A stretch of DNA of 64,000 bases from Candidatus Gastranaerophilales bacterium (GTDB lineage Bacteria > Cyanobacteriota > Vampirovibrionia > Gastranaerophilales > Gastranaerophilaceae): positions 20,447 to 84,446 of the forward strand of contig CALVEM010000005.1 in NCBI GenBank assembly GCA_944326605.1. Reading direction: 5' to 3'. The position numbers and the translations under genes were made by a program. Position 1 is the first letter of the stretch; each line of letters starts with the position of its first letter. Below the pieces are notes generated by a model that did not search any database, had not been told where the DNA came from, and saw nothing but the letters and a program-made list of their open reading frames with translations. This document shows, piece by piece, positions 39,786-50,795 of this stretch.

Positions 39786-40787
39786 TTATTCTCCGAAATA
39801 GTTTTTCAAGCCGACTGCGAGTTTTTTATTTTTGCAGAGCTTTTTGAGTTTTGCAATGGCGCGGTTTTCGATTTGTCTTATGCGTTCTCTTGAAACTCCG
39901 TATTGTGACCCTATTTCATCAAGCGTCTTTTTGGTGCCGTTGTTGTCAAGCCCGTAACGCAGGATAAGAACATCACGTTCTTTCGGGCTTAACTGGTTAA
40001 GCATTTTTCTTATATCATCAAACAGGTTTTCCTGTGAAACTCTGCTGTCAGGAGTAATAGAATCTTCATCAACTATAAAATCCGCAATTTTGGATGAATC
40101 TTCGGACGAATTTGCCGGAGTTTCCATGCTTATTGTTGATTGAGCTGATTTAATTATCTGGGTTAACTTGTTTACGGGAACCCCTAATCTGTAGGCTATT
40201 TCCTGTTTTGTAGGTGAATGCCCGAGTTCAGTGGTCAAATCTATTGTCGCACGGCGGATTTTGCCAAGTGACTCTATCATATGTATCGGAAGCCTGATAA
40301 TCCTTGCTTTGTCTGCTATTGCCCGTGTAATAGATTGTTGTATCCACCATGTTGCATAAGTTGAAAATTTGTAGCCTTTTGTGTAGTCAAACCTGCTTGC
40401 AGCCTTCATAAGTCCCATATTTCCTTCCTGTATCAAGTCGAGGAATGACAGACCTCTGCCTATATATTTTTTTGCGATACTGACTACAAGCCGTAAGTTT
40501 GCGTTAACAAGAAGATTTTTAGAAAAATCATCGTGTTCTTCGTATATTTTTCTTGCAAGATCAAGTTCCTGTTCGGTTGAAAGAAGCGGTATTTTCCCTA
40601 TTTGCTGCAGGTAAATTCTTACGCTGTCATCGGAATTTACGCTTGAAAGATTTTCCTGAACTTTTGGATCTTCTACGGATTCAAGTACGTCTTCTTCTTC
40701 GTCAGGTATTTCTATTGAATGAAAATCGACGTTTTCATCAGATATATCTTCGGTTAAAAGACCGTATTTTTCTAATTCTTTTTTCAT
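39786..40787 (-). CDS. Sigma-70 family RNA polymerase sigma factor (RpoD/SigA-like, no region 1.1)
   Basis: [57 protein letters not shown]. Confidence 0.95.
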   Translation of the reverse strand: MKKELEKYGLLTEDISDENVDFHSIEIPDEEEDVLESVEDPKVQENLSSVNSDDSVRIYLQQIGKIPLLSTEQELDLARKIYEEHDDFSKNLLVNANLRLVVSIAKKYIGRGLSFLDLIQEGNMGLMKAASRFDYTKGYKFSTYATWWIQQSITRAIADKARIIRLPIHMIESLGKIRRATIDLTTELGHSPTKQEIAYRLGVPVNKLTQIIKSAQSTISMETPANSSEDSSKIADFIVDEDSITPDSRVSQENLFDDIRKMLNQLSPKERDVLILRYGLDNNGTKKTLDEIGSQYGVSRERIRQIENRAIAKLKKLCKNKKLAVGLKNYFGE

Positions 40788-40852
40788 TTTGTAAATTCTC
40801 TCTCAATCTTATAATACTTATTATAATAAATTTTTGCAATCAAATATTTGTA

Positions 40853-41593
40853 CTATATTTTTTTTGAAAGTTTTTGCCTTACTGTTTCAAAAATTATTGC
40901 GCTGAGGGCGTTCGATACATTAAGAGAGTTAAAATCTTTTAGCATCGGGATTTTCACTGTAAAATCAGCCAGTTTTAAAAGTGACTTTGAAACTCCTGCG
41001 TGCTCCGCGCCCATAATGATTGCGAAATTCATGTCATTATAATTTATATCATAATAATTATCTTTTGCACTTGCATCGGTTGCAACTACCCACCAGTCTG
41101 AATTTTTTAATTTTTGAACCGCATTAACCAAACTGTTCACTTTGATAATCGGTATATGGTTAATTGCTCCGGCGCTTGTTTTTTCAACGGTTGCGTTTAC
41201 CTGAACGTTGCGTCTGGAAGGAATTATTATTCCGGAAACTCCTGCGCACACACAGGTTCGGATTATGGCACCTAAATTATGTGAATCTTCAACACCGTCA
41301 AGAATTACAAGGGATGCTTCATGATGGGGCTTTTCTAAAAAATCATCCAAATCAAGATATTTGACCGGTGAAATTTGAGCGATTATGCCCTGATGGTTAA
41401 ATTCGGCATAGGGTAAGAATTTTTCTTTTGCTGCAAATTGAAAAACTATCCCGTTGGATTTTGCCAGTTCTTTAATTTTATTCAATTTGCTGTCAGAATG
41501 AATATTTTTTGAAATAATAATTTTGTTTATTTCTCTGTCGCCGGCAATTAATGCTTCCATTACGGCGTTTTTACCGAAAATTATATCATCCAT
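40853..41593 (-). CDS. rlmB: 23S rRNA Gm2251 methyltransferase
   Basis: SPOUT motifs LDGVEDSHNLGAIIRT, GAEHAGV, SLNVSNA. Confidence 0.93.
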   Translation of the reverse strand: MDDIIFGKNAVMEALIAGDREINKIIISKNIHSDSKLNKIKELAKSNGIVFQFAAKEKFLPYAEFNHQGIIAQISPVKYLDLDDFLEKPHHEASLVILDGVEDSHNLGAIIRTCVCAGVSGIIIPSRRNVQVNATVEKTSAGAINHIPIIKVNSLVNAVQKLKNSDWWVVATDASAKDNYYDINYNDMNFAIIMGAEHAGVSKSLLKLADFTVKIPMLKDFNSLNVSNALSAIIFETVRQKLSKKI

Positions 41594-42516
41594 TATTTTG
41601 CTGCTCCGGTTTTTGAAACATCAAGCATTCTTTCTATACATTTGAGCGCTTTTTGCGAAATGTCTTTATCAACTTTAATTTCGTATGTTTCGTTATTTAA
41701 AGAATGATAGATATCTTCAAGGGTATTAAGTTTCATGCTTTCGCAAATAAGGTTATCTTTTATAATTACAAAATCTTTTTGCGGATAATCTCGCTTTAAT
41801 CTGTCAACAACCCCTTTTTCTGTAGCTATAATGAATTTTTTCTCCGGACTGTTTTTTACAAAATTCATTATTCCTGTAGTACTTCCGACAAAATCGGCAA
41901 GAGATGAAATTTCCTCTTTGCATTCAGGATGCGCAAGAAGTTTTACGCCGGGATTTTCTTTTTTTGTTTTTAAAACATCTTCTACGGTAATATTATGGTG
42001 AATAGGGCAATATCCGTCATAAGTAATAACCTGCGTTCCATTGAGATGTGTTTCTACCCATCTTCCGAGGTTTTTGTCAGGAAGAAACAGAACTTTTCCA
42101 GCTTTAAGACTGTCAACAATATTGATCGCATTTGAGCTGGTGCAACAGATATCACATTCAGATTTAACTTCTGCTGTAGAATTTATATAACATACAACGG
42201 GAATGTTCGGATATTTGTGTTTAAATTCTCTGAGTTGCTGCAGATTAATCATGTCAGCCATTTCGCAGCCTGCCATTTTGTTCGGCAGTAAAACTTTTTT
42301 ATCAGGGCAGAGAATTTTTGCTGTTTGAGCCATGAAATAAACCCCGGCAAAAAGGATCATACTGGCATTTGTTTTTGCTGCCATCTGGCTCAGGTAAAGA
42401 GAATCCCCTACAAAGTCAGCTACCTCGTCAATTTCTGCATTCTGATAGCAATGTGCAAGTATAACTGCATTTTTCTCTTGTTTTAACTTATTAATTTTTT
42501 CAATCAGCTCTTTCAT
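41593..42516 (-). CDS. nadA: Quinolinate synthase
   Basis: ILAHCYQ, ADFVGDSL, AGCEMAD, YINS, CTSSNA, CPIH, AHPEC. Confidence 0.96.
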   Translation of the reverse strand: MKELIEKINKLKQEKNAVILAHCYQNAEIDEVADFVGDSLYLSQMAAKTNASMILFAGVYFMAQTAKILCPDKKVLLPNKMAGCEMADMINLQQLREFKHKYPNIPVVCYINSTAEVKSECDICCTSSNAINIVDSLKAGKVLFLPDKNLGRWVETHLNGTQVITYDGYCPIHHNITVEDVLKTKKENPGVKLLAHPECKEEISSLADFVGSTTGIMNFVKNSPEKKFIIATEKGVVDRLKRDYPQKDFVIIKDNLICESMKLNTLEDIYHSLNNETYEIKVDKDISQKALKCIERMLDVSKTGAAK

Positions 42517-42641
42517 TCGGGTAAATTCTCCTACATTTAGTGTAAATTTATGTTAAATTTGCGAACTTTGTAAAATATATTGTATAATAAAAATACAATA
42601 GAGTAAATAATGATAAAAAACTATAAAGACAGCATAATATT

Positions 42642-44309
42642 ATGGATTTAAATAACATACTTTCACAGTTAGGTTTAGGCGGCAGTAAAGACATTGTTTA
42701 TTTGTCTGTAACACCCGGTATTGGTTTGGAGCTTATACAGCTTGATATTCCATCACGTACGATTAAGAATTATTCTTACCGTCCTCTGGAATATAACGAA
42801 TCATTACGAGAAATAGCAGATATGGACGAATTTAAAAGAGCTGTAGAGGATTTATTTTCCGAACTGAAAATTAATCCTAAAAGCAATGTTGTTTTAAATT
42901 TGCCCATGGTTCTTTTCGGAAGTAAAGAATTACCGCTTTTACTTGCGGATGACGCAGTTACAGAGGCATTAACATCCGAAGTTGAACAATCATACATTTT
43001 TAAACGTTATGAACCTGTAGTCAGCTGGTGTGATGCAACAGCAAGCCAGACAGGTGATTCTAGAAAACTGTTTTATTCAGCAATCCAGAAGAATGTAATT
43101 GATGATATTAAAAATGTTTTGACAGAACTCGGCGTTAATCTTACAGGTGTTGAGGTTTCGCTGACATCTATTCTGAAAGCGCTTGCTTTTACCGGTCTTG
43201 CAGAAGATCAAATGAAAGACAACGTATCATGGAATATGATGCTTATAAATCAGAACGGTTACTCAATTTGTTCTATGATCGGTAAAAATATTGTCGAGTA
43301 TTATGAGGAACCTCTTGCAATTAAATCATTTGAAGGGGATGAAATTTATAATGCAATTAATGCTTCTGCTCAAATTACATTAATGAGTTATCCCGCTAAT
43401 TATCTTTACATTATCTCAACAACTGATATGGTAAGTGCGGAACTTCTTTCCAAACGAATAAATGTTGACGGAATAATAAATTTTTATGATAACAATGATT
43501 TTAAAAAGGATAACCCGCTTCCTGTCAGTTTAGACGTTCTGGAAGATACTTCTCATAAAATTTCTCTTGAAGCAATCGGTATAGCTGTAGGGTCTGCAGC
43601 AGGTATGCCTGTTAAGTTTAATTTTATGACAACATCTTCCGAAACAGGTATTGATGATCCTGATGAACCATTCCATGTCGAGTTGGGCTCTCATGAGTTT
43701 GATATTTCTCCTAATGCGGCAAGAAATATTTCATTATTAGTTTCGATTTTACTTGTTGCCCCTGTTTTTGCGGTATATACGATTGTACCTATGATTGGCA
43801 AACAAAAGCAGGCACAGTTAGATGAAATAAACTCAAAATTAGAGCAGACAAATAACGAAATAAAACGAATCCAGGAAGAACAAAATAAGCTCAATGACTT
43901 TGATGCTAACGCGGAAATTAAAAAAGTTCTCGGTGATAACAGGTCTAAATTAATGGCATATACTGCACTTGGAGAGTCTGTTCCGAAAAAACTATGGATT
44001 ACTTATTTCGTAGCTCAAGGAGACGGTAAATTTGACATAAAAGGCGATTGTGAGAATGTTGAGGACATTTACACTTTCTTTAAAAATATGAAAGATTCTT
44101 TAATTAATACAAAATTAAGACTTCATAAACTTGAAATGAAAACAAATTCTGTGGATGAGGCTGTGACTATTGATCCTAACATGCCAACTGATTATGAATT
44201 TGAAATAACAAATATGACGGATGCGGAAGTTAATGCTCTTGCTCAGGCGGCAGCTCAGGCGACAGCAAATAATGGAACGCAAAATGGCGCACAGCCGGCT
44301 AAAAAATAA
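42642..44309 (+). CDS. Type IV pilus assembly PilM-PilN fusion-like protein
   Basis: Actin-like PilM-type N-terminal region, single TM, coiled coil, then PilN-like LGESVPKKLWITYF...DIKG; followed by pilO. Confidence 0.7.
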   Translation: MDLNNILSQLGLGGSKDIVYLSVTPGIGLELIQLDIPSRTIKNYSYRPLEYNESLREIADMDEFKRAVEDLFSELKINPKSNVVLNLPMVLFGSKELPLLLADDAVTEALTSEVEQSYIFKRYEPVVSWCDATASQTGDSRKLFYSAIQKNVIDDIKNVLTELGVNLTGVEVSLTSILKALAFTGLAEDQMKDNVSWNMMLINQNGYSICSMIGKNIVEYYEEPLAIKSFEGDEIYNAINASAQITLMSYPANYLYIISTTDMVSAELLSKRINVDGIINFYDNNDFKKDNPLPVSLDVLEDTSHKISLEAIGIAVGSAAGMPVKFNFMTTSSETGIDDPDEPFHVELGSHEFDISPNAARNISLLVSILLVAPVFAVYTIVPMIGKQKQAQLDEINSKLEQTNNEIKRIQEEQNKLNDFDANAEIKKVLGDNRSKLMAYTALGESVPKKLWITYFVAQGDGKFDIKGDCENVEDIYTFFKNMKDSLINTKLRLHKLEMKTNSVDEAVTIDPNMPTDYEFEITNMTDAEVNALAQAAAQATANNGTQNGAQPAKK

Positions 44310-44337
44310 AAGATAAAAACAGATAGGAACAAGAAAC

Positions 44338-45057
44338 GTGGAAAAATACAATATATATTTCAAAAAATTTCAAGTCGCAATATTGATTTTTGCAGCTGCA
44401 GTTTTTGCGATTGGTTTTCTTATATATAAAACAGTTCCTGAAGTTCAGAAAATAATAGATATTCAAGAACAACAAAAAACGCAATCTGCTTCTCTTGCTG
44501 ATGCCGAAAGAAAGCTCGCCGATTTACGAGCAGATTCTGAAAGGCGAAAAGTCGAAAATGAAAATCTTCCAAAACTGTTTTTTAGACCGGTTAATATGGG
44601 GCTGGATACTGAGGCTGCTATTTCAGAAGAATTTGGTGAAATTTTGCAGCTTATAAGAGAAAATAAAATCAAAACACGTTCTATTGTTTATGAATATGAT
44701 CCGAAAGATGATAATTTTGTAAAAAATGTTCCGGAAAAATATCAAGTTTGCCGTATTACAGCGGAAATGATTGCCAATTACAGTGATTTTGAAAATTTCC
44801 TGCGAGATTTATACAAACATGAACATTACCTTGAAATATCCAAGATAGAAATCAAACCTTACGAAAAAAATAAAAGAATTTTGCTTATAAATTTACAACT
44901 CAAACTTTATGCACAGCGCGATCCTTCAACTTATATTCCTGCAGCTGCTCCAGCGGACGAAAAAGCCGGTGATGCTCAGAGCTCTTCACCTGCAAATGTT
45001 CCTTCTCCACAAAAGATTGACACATCCGGCGGTATTTCTCCTGAGGCAACTCAATAG
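44338..45057 (+). CDS. pilO: Type IV pilus assembly protein PilO-like
   Basis: N-terminal TM, coiled coil, ANYSDFENFLRDLYKHEHYLEISKIEI. Confidence 0.7.
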   Translation: MEKYNIYFKKFQVAILIFAAAVFAIGFLIYKTVPEVQKIIDIQEQQKTQSASLADAERKLADLRADSERRKVENENLPKLFFRPVNMGLDTEAAISEEFGEILQLIRENKIKTRSIVYEYDPKDDNFVKNVPEKYQVCRITAEMIANYSDFENFLRDLYKHEHYLEISKIEIKPYEKNKRILLINLQLKLYAQRDPSTYIPAAAPADEKAGDAQSSSPANVPSPQKIDTSGGISPEATQ

Positions 45058-45059
45058 AT

Positions 45060-45917
45060 TTATTCAAATAGTTTGTAATTTATTCCGAAGAGTTTATCTT
45101 TATTTCTTATACATGTTGCGCAAAAAGCTGTTTCAAGTGAATTGTGTTTTGCAAAGTCTTTAAAGTCAGAACCGCATCTTCCTCTATGGTCATTTGCAAG
45201 AAACGGACATGTGTATACTCCTTTTGCGGTCAAAATTCTTCCGTATTCGCAATCAAGACTGTTCCAATCAAGTTCCGGGAAGTCTTCGAACGGTCTGTTT
45301 TTATCGTAATATATATTTATTGTAAAATTGCTGTCTTTTGCATTAAAACCTGCTTTCAAACATATCTGTTTAAATTCATGGATTAATGTAGCTTTATCCT
45401 CGTTGTAGTAATTTGTAACACATATTATAGGATTAAAGCCGTATTTTGCAAGACTTTTTATCGCATGTATACTTTGTCTGTAAGAACCTCTGCCCCTTAT
45501 ATCGTCATTTTTTATTTCGTTATAATGATCAATACTTAATTTAAATATTATTTCAAAAGAACTTTCTTCTTCAACGCGCTTTAAAAAACGTACTTTTTTC
45601 TCGTTAATAAAAGTTCCGTTTGTAAAAATACATACATTTGAGCGTTTAAGACATGTCCTTAAAATCGTATTAAAATCAGGATGTGTCATTGGTTCAGCGC
45701 CTGTCAAATATATACATTCAATATTTTCTTCTCTGGTGTCTGCAAGTGCTGTTTTGACTGTATCGAGCGGGATAAAATCTTTAATATTTTTGCTAAGCGG
45801 AAAATTTATGTAACAGTGTTTGCAATGCTGGTTGCAGTTTTTTTCAGTAAGTTCAATAAAGAGATTATTCAGCTCCTTAAGTTTACAGACCGGTGTTTGG
45901 AAAATAGCATTTTTCAT
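45060..45917 (-). CDS. Radical SAM protein
   Basis: CNQHCKHC, LTGAEP, FTNGT; C-terminal Cys cluster. Confidence 0.9.
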   Translation of the reverse strand: MKNAIFQTPVCKLKELNNLFIELTEKNCNQHCKHCYINFPLSKNIKDFIPLDTVKTALADTREENIECIYLTGAEPMTHPDFNTILRTCLKRSNVCIFTNGTFINEKKVRFLKRVEEESSFEIIFKLSIDHYNEIKNDDIRGRGSYRQSIHAIKSLAKYGFNPIICVTNYYNEDKATLIHEFKQICLKAGFNAKDSNFTINIYYDKNRPFEDFPELDWNSLDCEYGRILTAKGVYTCPFLANDHRGRCGSDFKDFAKHNSLETAFCATCIRNKDKLFGINYKLFE

Positions 45918-45992
45918 ATAATATCAACTCCTCTTTGATTTATTGATATTTTAATTTTCTAAAACTTAAAAAAAAATTCTCCTGTAGGGTAA

Positions 45993-46349
45993 TTATTTTT
46001 GAAAATCGTCCGGTTTTTTATCTTCAAGCCACTTACTCATTATGTAGTGTTCATAGCTTTGCGCGTAATTATAGAGAGCATTAATAAGCACTCTTCCGCT
46101 TTGAGACTTTCCTACAATCAAAAAATCACCGGATTTGTTTTGAGCAAGCATGATTTCTCTGTGAACAATTTTATCAACATGGTTTTTCGGATTTTTGTTA
46201 ATCACTAAAGTTATCCATTCACACAGAAGTTTTGTTCCGGTTGTTTTGTTATTCACGATATCATCGGCTTTTGATTGAATATATTTTGAAAATTCTTTTA
46301 GTATCATAATTTTAGTTTTCAAACGGAGTTGTTGCTGCAAAGCATACAA
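45993..46349 (-). CDS. Hypothetical protein
   Basis: 118 aa ORF co-oriented with and overlapping comF. Confidence 0.55.
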   Translation of the reverse strand: MYALQQQLRLKTKIMILKEFSKYIQSKADDIVNNKTTGTKLLCEWITLVINKNPKNHVDKIVHREIMLAQNKSGDFLIVGKSQSGRVLINALYNYAQSYEHYIMSKWLEDKKPDDFQK

Positions 46350-46959
46350 TTCCCGTAATTCCGTTTTTATTTAGTTCTTTAATCATTTCTTCAAAAGTAG
46401 AACCTGTTGTGCAGATATCATCTATGAGCAAAACTGTTTTCCCTTTGTAATATTCTTTATTAACCTTAAATGCGTTTGAGAGGTTCTGCATTCTTTCATT
46501 TCTTTTAAGTTTATACTGAGGTTTTGTATCTTTGATTCTTTGTATAAGATTTTTGTTAAATTCGTTAGCTGTAAGTTTGCAAAATTCTTCTCCAACGAGG
46601 TTCATGTGATTGTATTTCCGTTTTTTCTCACGTTTGGGATAAATCGGCACGGGCACTACTTCAAAATCGTTTTTATCCGTAATTTTTCCAAAATATTCTG
46701 CCATAAATTTTGCCAGATAAAACGCCAGATCTCGCTGGTTATGATATTTTAAACCTCTGATGAGTTTTTGCAGATTTTTGGAATAAATTCCTGCGCAAAA
46801 TACTTTTTTGCCGTCAATAATTCTGTTCACTTTTGCCGGCAGAAAATCCAGAGTATTGTAACATTCAGAACACATTCTGACAGCTTCTTTTGAACTTTTG
46901 CAAAAGTAGCATTTCTTTTTGTAGATCCAATCCAGCAAGTTTTCAAAGAATTTGTACAT
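46312..46959 (-). CDS. comF: ComF family competence phosphoribosyltransferase
   Basis: CYFC...CSEC zinc site, VPVP, LLIDDICTTGST; start taken at ATG 46959. Confidence 0.92.
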   Translation of the reverse strand: MYKFFENLLDWIYKKKCYFCKSSKEAVRMCSECYNTLDFLPAKVNRIIDGKKVFCAGIYSKNLQKLIRGLKYHNQRDLAFYLAKFMAEYFGKITDKNDFEVVPVPIYPKREKKRKYNHMNLVGEEFCKLTANEFNKNLIQRIKDTKPQYKLKRNERMQNLSNAFKVNKEYYKGKTVLLIDDICTTGSTFEEMIKELNKNGITGIVCFAATTPFEN

Positions 46960-46994
46960 AATTAAATTATATAACAAATAACAATATAATCTAA

Positions 46995-47201
46995 TTAGTC
47001 TTTGTGCTGTTTTGTCATTGTAATTTTATATCCTAAAATATCAAGAATTTGTTGAGCATCTTGCAATTTAATCGTTCCGTCTTTGATTTTTTTCACAAGA
47101 TTGACACAGGATATTGTCCGTCCGTTGTGTGAAAGTTTGCAGGCAATTTCTTCTATTGTAAAACCTTGTTTTTTGATTAATTCAATGAGGCTTGTTTTCA
47201 T
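46995..47201 (-). CDS. Small HTH-like DNA-binding protein
   Basis: GFTIEEIACKL...KIKDGTIKLQDAQQILDILGY; divergent from an XRE gene. Confidence 0.6.
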   Translation of the reverse strand: MKTSLIELIKKQGFTIEEIACKLSHNGRTISCVNLVKKIKDGTIKLQDAQQILDILGYKITMTKQHKD

Positions 47202-47282
47202 AATCTTTGTAAGTTATAAATTATATAATTTAATTTATAACATGATTTAAGTTATAAGTCAATAAATATATACTTATAAATT

Positions 47283-47501
47283 ATGAATAAAGAAATGTTA
47301 TTAAAACAATTCGGTAAAAATGTAAAAATTGAAAGAATAAAAAAGGATTTGACCAGGGAAAAGCTTGCAGAAATTATGAATGTTTCTGTGAATTATTTAT
47401 CAAGCATAGAATGCGGCAGGGCAAATATGTCTCTTGGTAAAATTTTAGAATTGTCAAAATATTTAGAAACTGATATTGCAAACCTTTTGATGTTTAAATA
47501 A
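47283..47501 (+). CDS. XRE-family HTH regulator
   Basis: FGKNVKIERIKKDLTREKLAEIMNVSVNYLSSIECG. Confidence 0.9.
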   Translation: MNKEMLLKQFGKNVKIERIKKDLTREKLAEIMNVSVNYLSSIECGRANMSLGKILELSKYLETDIANLLMFK

Positions 47502-47504
47502 TAT

Positions 47505-48776
47505 TTACATCGGCAGTTTTATACAGAATTCGGTTCTTACGTTTTCTTCACTTTCAACAATAATTTCTCCGCCATGAGATTTAACAATCTGCTGAGAAAG
47601 GTATAATCCTAAGCCGGTGCCTATTTTTCGGAATTTTTTAGCTGCGGAATAGTATTTGTTAAAGATAAGTTTAATTTCCTCAGGCGGTATACCCTGACCG
47701 TAGTCTATTATTGAAATTGTTATAAATCCGGGGATTTCACCTGTTGTGATATCTATTCTGTCTTTTGTGTTGCTGTGTGATATCGCATTTGAAATAAGAT
47801 TTTTTATTACTCTTTCAAGCTGGAGCGGATCAGCAGTAACTTTTATATCTCTTGACGGGGTGAAATATATAGTTATTCCTGAGCTGTTTGCTATCGGCTG
47901 GGTATTATCAACAATATCTGATATAAATTTGTTAAGCATAATATTTTCTTTAAGCAGTTTTATACCGGTTTCTTTGATTTTATATGTCTCAAGAATTATT
48001 TGAACAAGCTCGACAAGCTCCTCATTAGATTTTTTCATATTGTGCAGGGCAACTTCCTGTTTTTCCGTAATTTCTCCGAATGTTCCGTTGAGCAGGAAGT
48101 TTATAATATTAGATTCCGCGACAATCGGAACTTTCAGGTCATGTGTAAGTGTTGCAACAAAATCTTCTTTTAAAGTTTCAATTTCACGTTCCTTTGTCAC
48201 ATCTTTTATTAAAATAACATAACGTTTTTTATCGTCATCAAGTGTAAGTTTTATAACATTCATTACAAAATTATTTGTCGGAGTATGCTTAATAAAAACA
48301 TCTTTATTTCTAACCCGTTCAAGCGGTGTTTCATCGCTGATTTGTATATAATCAAATATGTTTGAACCGATTATTTCCTGTCCTTTTAGACCGAACCAGG
48401 TACTGACTTTCGGGGTTACACGAAGTATATTGTATTTGTCATTAATAATTAAAATCCCGTCTGATAAGGAATTAATTACGGATTCTAAAAGTTTGTTCTG
48501 GCGCATTAATTCTGCCTGATACTCAACAATCATTTTTTCTCTGTCATTAAGGGTTTCAACCATTCTGTTGATACTTTCCGTTACATTCTTGTATGTAGGG
48601 TGGTTTATTTCTTCAATTTTGGTCGACAAATTTCCGTAACGTACGGAATTTACGGTGTTTGTAACCATGCCAAGATAATCATTAATTTTAGACCAGCGTC
48701 TGTTTGTTTGTCTCGCAACGAGAAATAGTACCAGAAATATCAGAATAATACTTAAATTTAAAATATACCAGAGCAT
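47505..48776 (-). CDS. Sensor histidine kinase (TM-HAMP-PAS-HisKA-HATPase)
   Basis: LTHDLKVP H-box, NLISNAI, DYGQGI, GTGLGL; start taken at ATG 48776. Confidence 0.93.
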   Translation of the reverse strand: MLWYILNLSIILIFLVLFLVARQTNRRWSKINDYLGMVTNTVNSVRYGNLSTKIEEINHPTYKNVTESINRMVETLNDREKMIVEYQAELMRQNKLLESVINSLSDGILIINDKYNILRVTPKVSTWFGLKGQEIIGSNIFDYIQISDETPLERVRNKDVFIKHTPTNNFVMNVIKLTLDDDKKRYVILIKDVTKEREIETLKEDFVATLTHDLKVPIVAESNIINFLLNGTFGEITEKQEVALHNMKKSNEELVELVQIILETYKIKETGIKLLKENIMLNKFISDIVDNTQPIANSSGITIYFTPSRDIKVTADPLQLERVIKNLISNAISHSNTKDRIDITTGEIPGFITISIIDYGQGIPPEEIKLIFNKYYSAAKKFRKIGTGLGLYLSQQIVKSHGGEIIVESEENVRTEFCIKLPM

Positions 48777-48825
48777 TTTGTTTTTCCCTCTCTTTATGGT
48801 AAAATTATAGCAGATAAGGGATATT

Positions 48826-49314
48826 TTGTATATGGGAAAATTAAAATTACCGCACACAATTAAAATGGTTATTACAGATTTTGACGGCGTAATTACCGAC
48901 AACTGTGTTTACATAAAAGATGATTTTACAATGACAAGAAAGCTTAATTTTAAAGATATAATGGCTTTTTCTATTTTAAAAAAGAACGGTTATAAAATCG
49001 GAATAATTTCCGGTGAAGGCAATGCAGCTATAGAAATTCTTGCAAAAAAGTTTGCGGTTGATGAGGTTCATCAAAATATAAGGATAAAAATTGATGTATT
49101 AAAAAATATTATAGAAAAATACAATCTTTCAAAAGAAGAATTTTTATATATCGGCGATGATATCAATGATATAGAGTGTTTGAATTATGCAAAATATAAA
49201 ATAACTGTTCCGCATTCTACAGAAAAAGTAAAATCTGTTGAAGGTATTCAAATTACTGAAAACGTTGCCGGTGACGGAGCTTTTAGAGAGGTAGCGGATT
49301 GTTTGATTGGTTAA
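48826..49314 (+). CDS. KdsC-like HAD phosphatase
   Basis: ITDFDGVITD, YIGDDINDI, GDGAFREV. Confidence 0.85.
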   Translation: MYMGKLKLPHTIKMVITDFDGVITDNCVYIKDDFTMTRKLNFKDIMAFSILKKNGYKIGIISGEGNAAIEILAKKFAVDEVHQNIRIKIDVLKNIIEKYNLSKEEFLYIGDDINDIECLNYAKYKITVPHSTEKVKSVEGIQITENVAGDGAFREVADCLIG

Positions 49315-50792
49315 AACTTGCAGTAAAAAAAATCGGAGAAATTAGCAGTTCTATTGACAAATATAAAAAAGATACTGTTATTCAGTCTTTGCCGTCGTAT
49401 TCCTGCGTTAGCAGAGCCAAAAAGCTGCTTGAACAAAATAAACCTCAAGAAGCAAAAGAAATTCTTGAAAAGGCGCTTTCACTCCCGCAAAAAGATGCTC
49501 TTGTATATAAATATCTCGGTATTACATCTGAAAAACTCGGAGACAATGCTTCTGCTATTGAAAATTATCAATTATCGGCTGATCTCCAGCCTCAAGACAA
49601 AGATATTTGGAAAAAATTAGGTTTTGCTCTTATAGCCGGCGGAAAATTTGAGCGGGCAGAAAAATCTTTTGAAAATGCGGATAAAATTCAGGGCAATAAT
49701 ACTGATACATTTGCCGGATGGGGCATAGCTTTGATGAAACAGAAAAAATATGCCGAAGCCCGTGAAAAATTCATGTCTGCGTCAAAATTTAACAGGTATA
49801 ATTTTTCAGCGGTTTTTCTTTGTGCTGTTATGGAAATAAAGCTTGAAATGTATGATAAAGCTGAAATGAAATTGACGTTTTTGGCTAATGTATGCCCTAA
49901 TGAAAGTAATACATTTGAATTCGCAAGACTAAAGGCAATAAAAAAAGATTTTTCCAGTGCAATTCATTATGCTAAGAAATCTCTGGAATATAATCCGAAT
50001 ATGCTTCCGGCATATATTCTGCTCGGTCAGTTGTATGCAAGTAAATTTGAAAAAGAAAAAGCTCTTGAATATTTTGAAAAGGCCGAACAGAAAAATCTTA
50101 TTACTCCTGCATTGTATCTTGAGTGGGCTAAAGTGCTTGAAAAATTCGGAGACTATACTGAAGCGAAATTAAAACTCTTGAAATCCGCTGAACTAGATGC
50201 CGATAACCTTGAGATTACGGCTAACCTCGGACTTTGCTGCGTTACGCGCAAAGAATTTGAAGAGGCCCGTCCTTTGCTGGAAAAAGTTCTGGAAAAAGAA
50301 CCGGATAATCTTGTCGTAAAACAGGCACTTGGCATTATTGATTATCAAAACGATAATATTGATAAGGCTATTGAACTTTTTAAAAGTAATGATGAGGACA
50401 GCGTAAATTGCTACTATCTCGCTAAATGTTATGAAAAGAAAAATAATGATACAAAAGTTAAAGATTATTATGAGGCGGCAATAACGCGAAATCCTCAGTA
50501 TATATCGGCATTTATTGATTATTCGAAATATCTTATTTCAAAATCCGAGTATGATGAGGCGCGGCGAAAACTCAGGAAAGCATTGAAAGCCGATGAAAAT
50601 AACATTTCTGTTTTAAATATGTTATTTTTTGTCAGTTACGTACTTGTCAAAGATGAGCTTTATGAATATAATGTAAAAGAAACAATTAAAATTGCACAAA
50701 AGATTGAAGAAATTAATCCGGACTTGTTTGAATACCCTGAGCAAAAGACCGAACTTGAACAGCTTTTGCGCGACAGTTCAGAAAGAGAATAG
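49299..50792 (+). CDS. TPR repeat protein
   Basis: Multiple TPR units along 497 aa. Confidence 0.88.
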   Translation: MFDWLKLAVKKIGEISSSIDKYKKDTVIQSLPSYSCVSRAKKLLEQNKPQEAKEILEKALSLPQKDALVYKYLGITSEKLGDNASAIENYQLSADLQPQDKDIWKKLGFALIAGGKFERAEKSFENADKIQGNNTDTFAGWGIALMKQKKYAEAREKFMSASKFNRYNFSAVFLCAVMEIKLEMYDKAEMKLTFLANVCPNESNTFEFARLKAIKKDFSSAIHYAKKSLEYNPNMLPAYILLGQLYASKFEKEKALEYFEKAEQKNLITPALYLEWAKVLEKFGDYTEAKLKLLKSAELDADNLEITANLGLCCVTRKEFEEARPLLEKVLEKEPDNLVVKQALGIIDYQNDNIDKAIELFKSNDEDSVNCYYLAKCYEKKNNDTKVKDYYEAAITRNPQYISAFIDYSKYLISKSEYDEARRKLRKALKADENNISVLNMLFFVSYVLVKDELYEYNVKETIKIAQKIEEINPDLFEYPEQKTELEQLLRDSSERE

Positions 50793-50795
50793 ACC

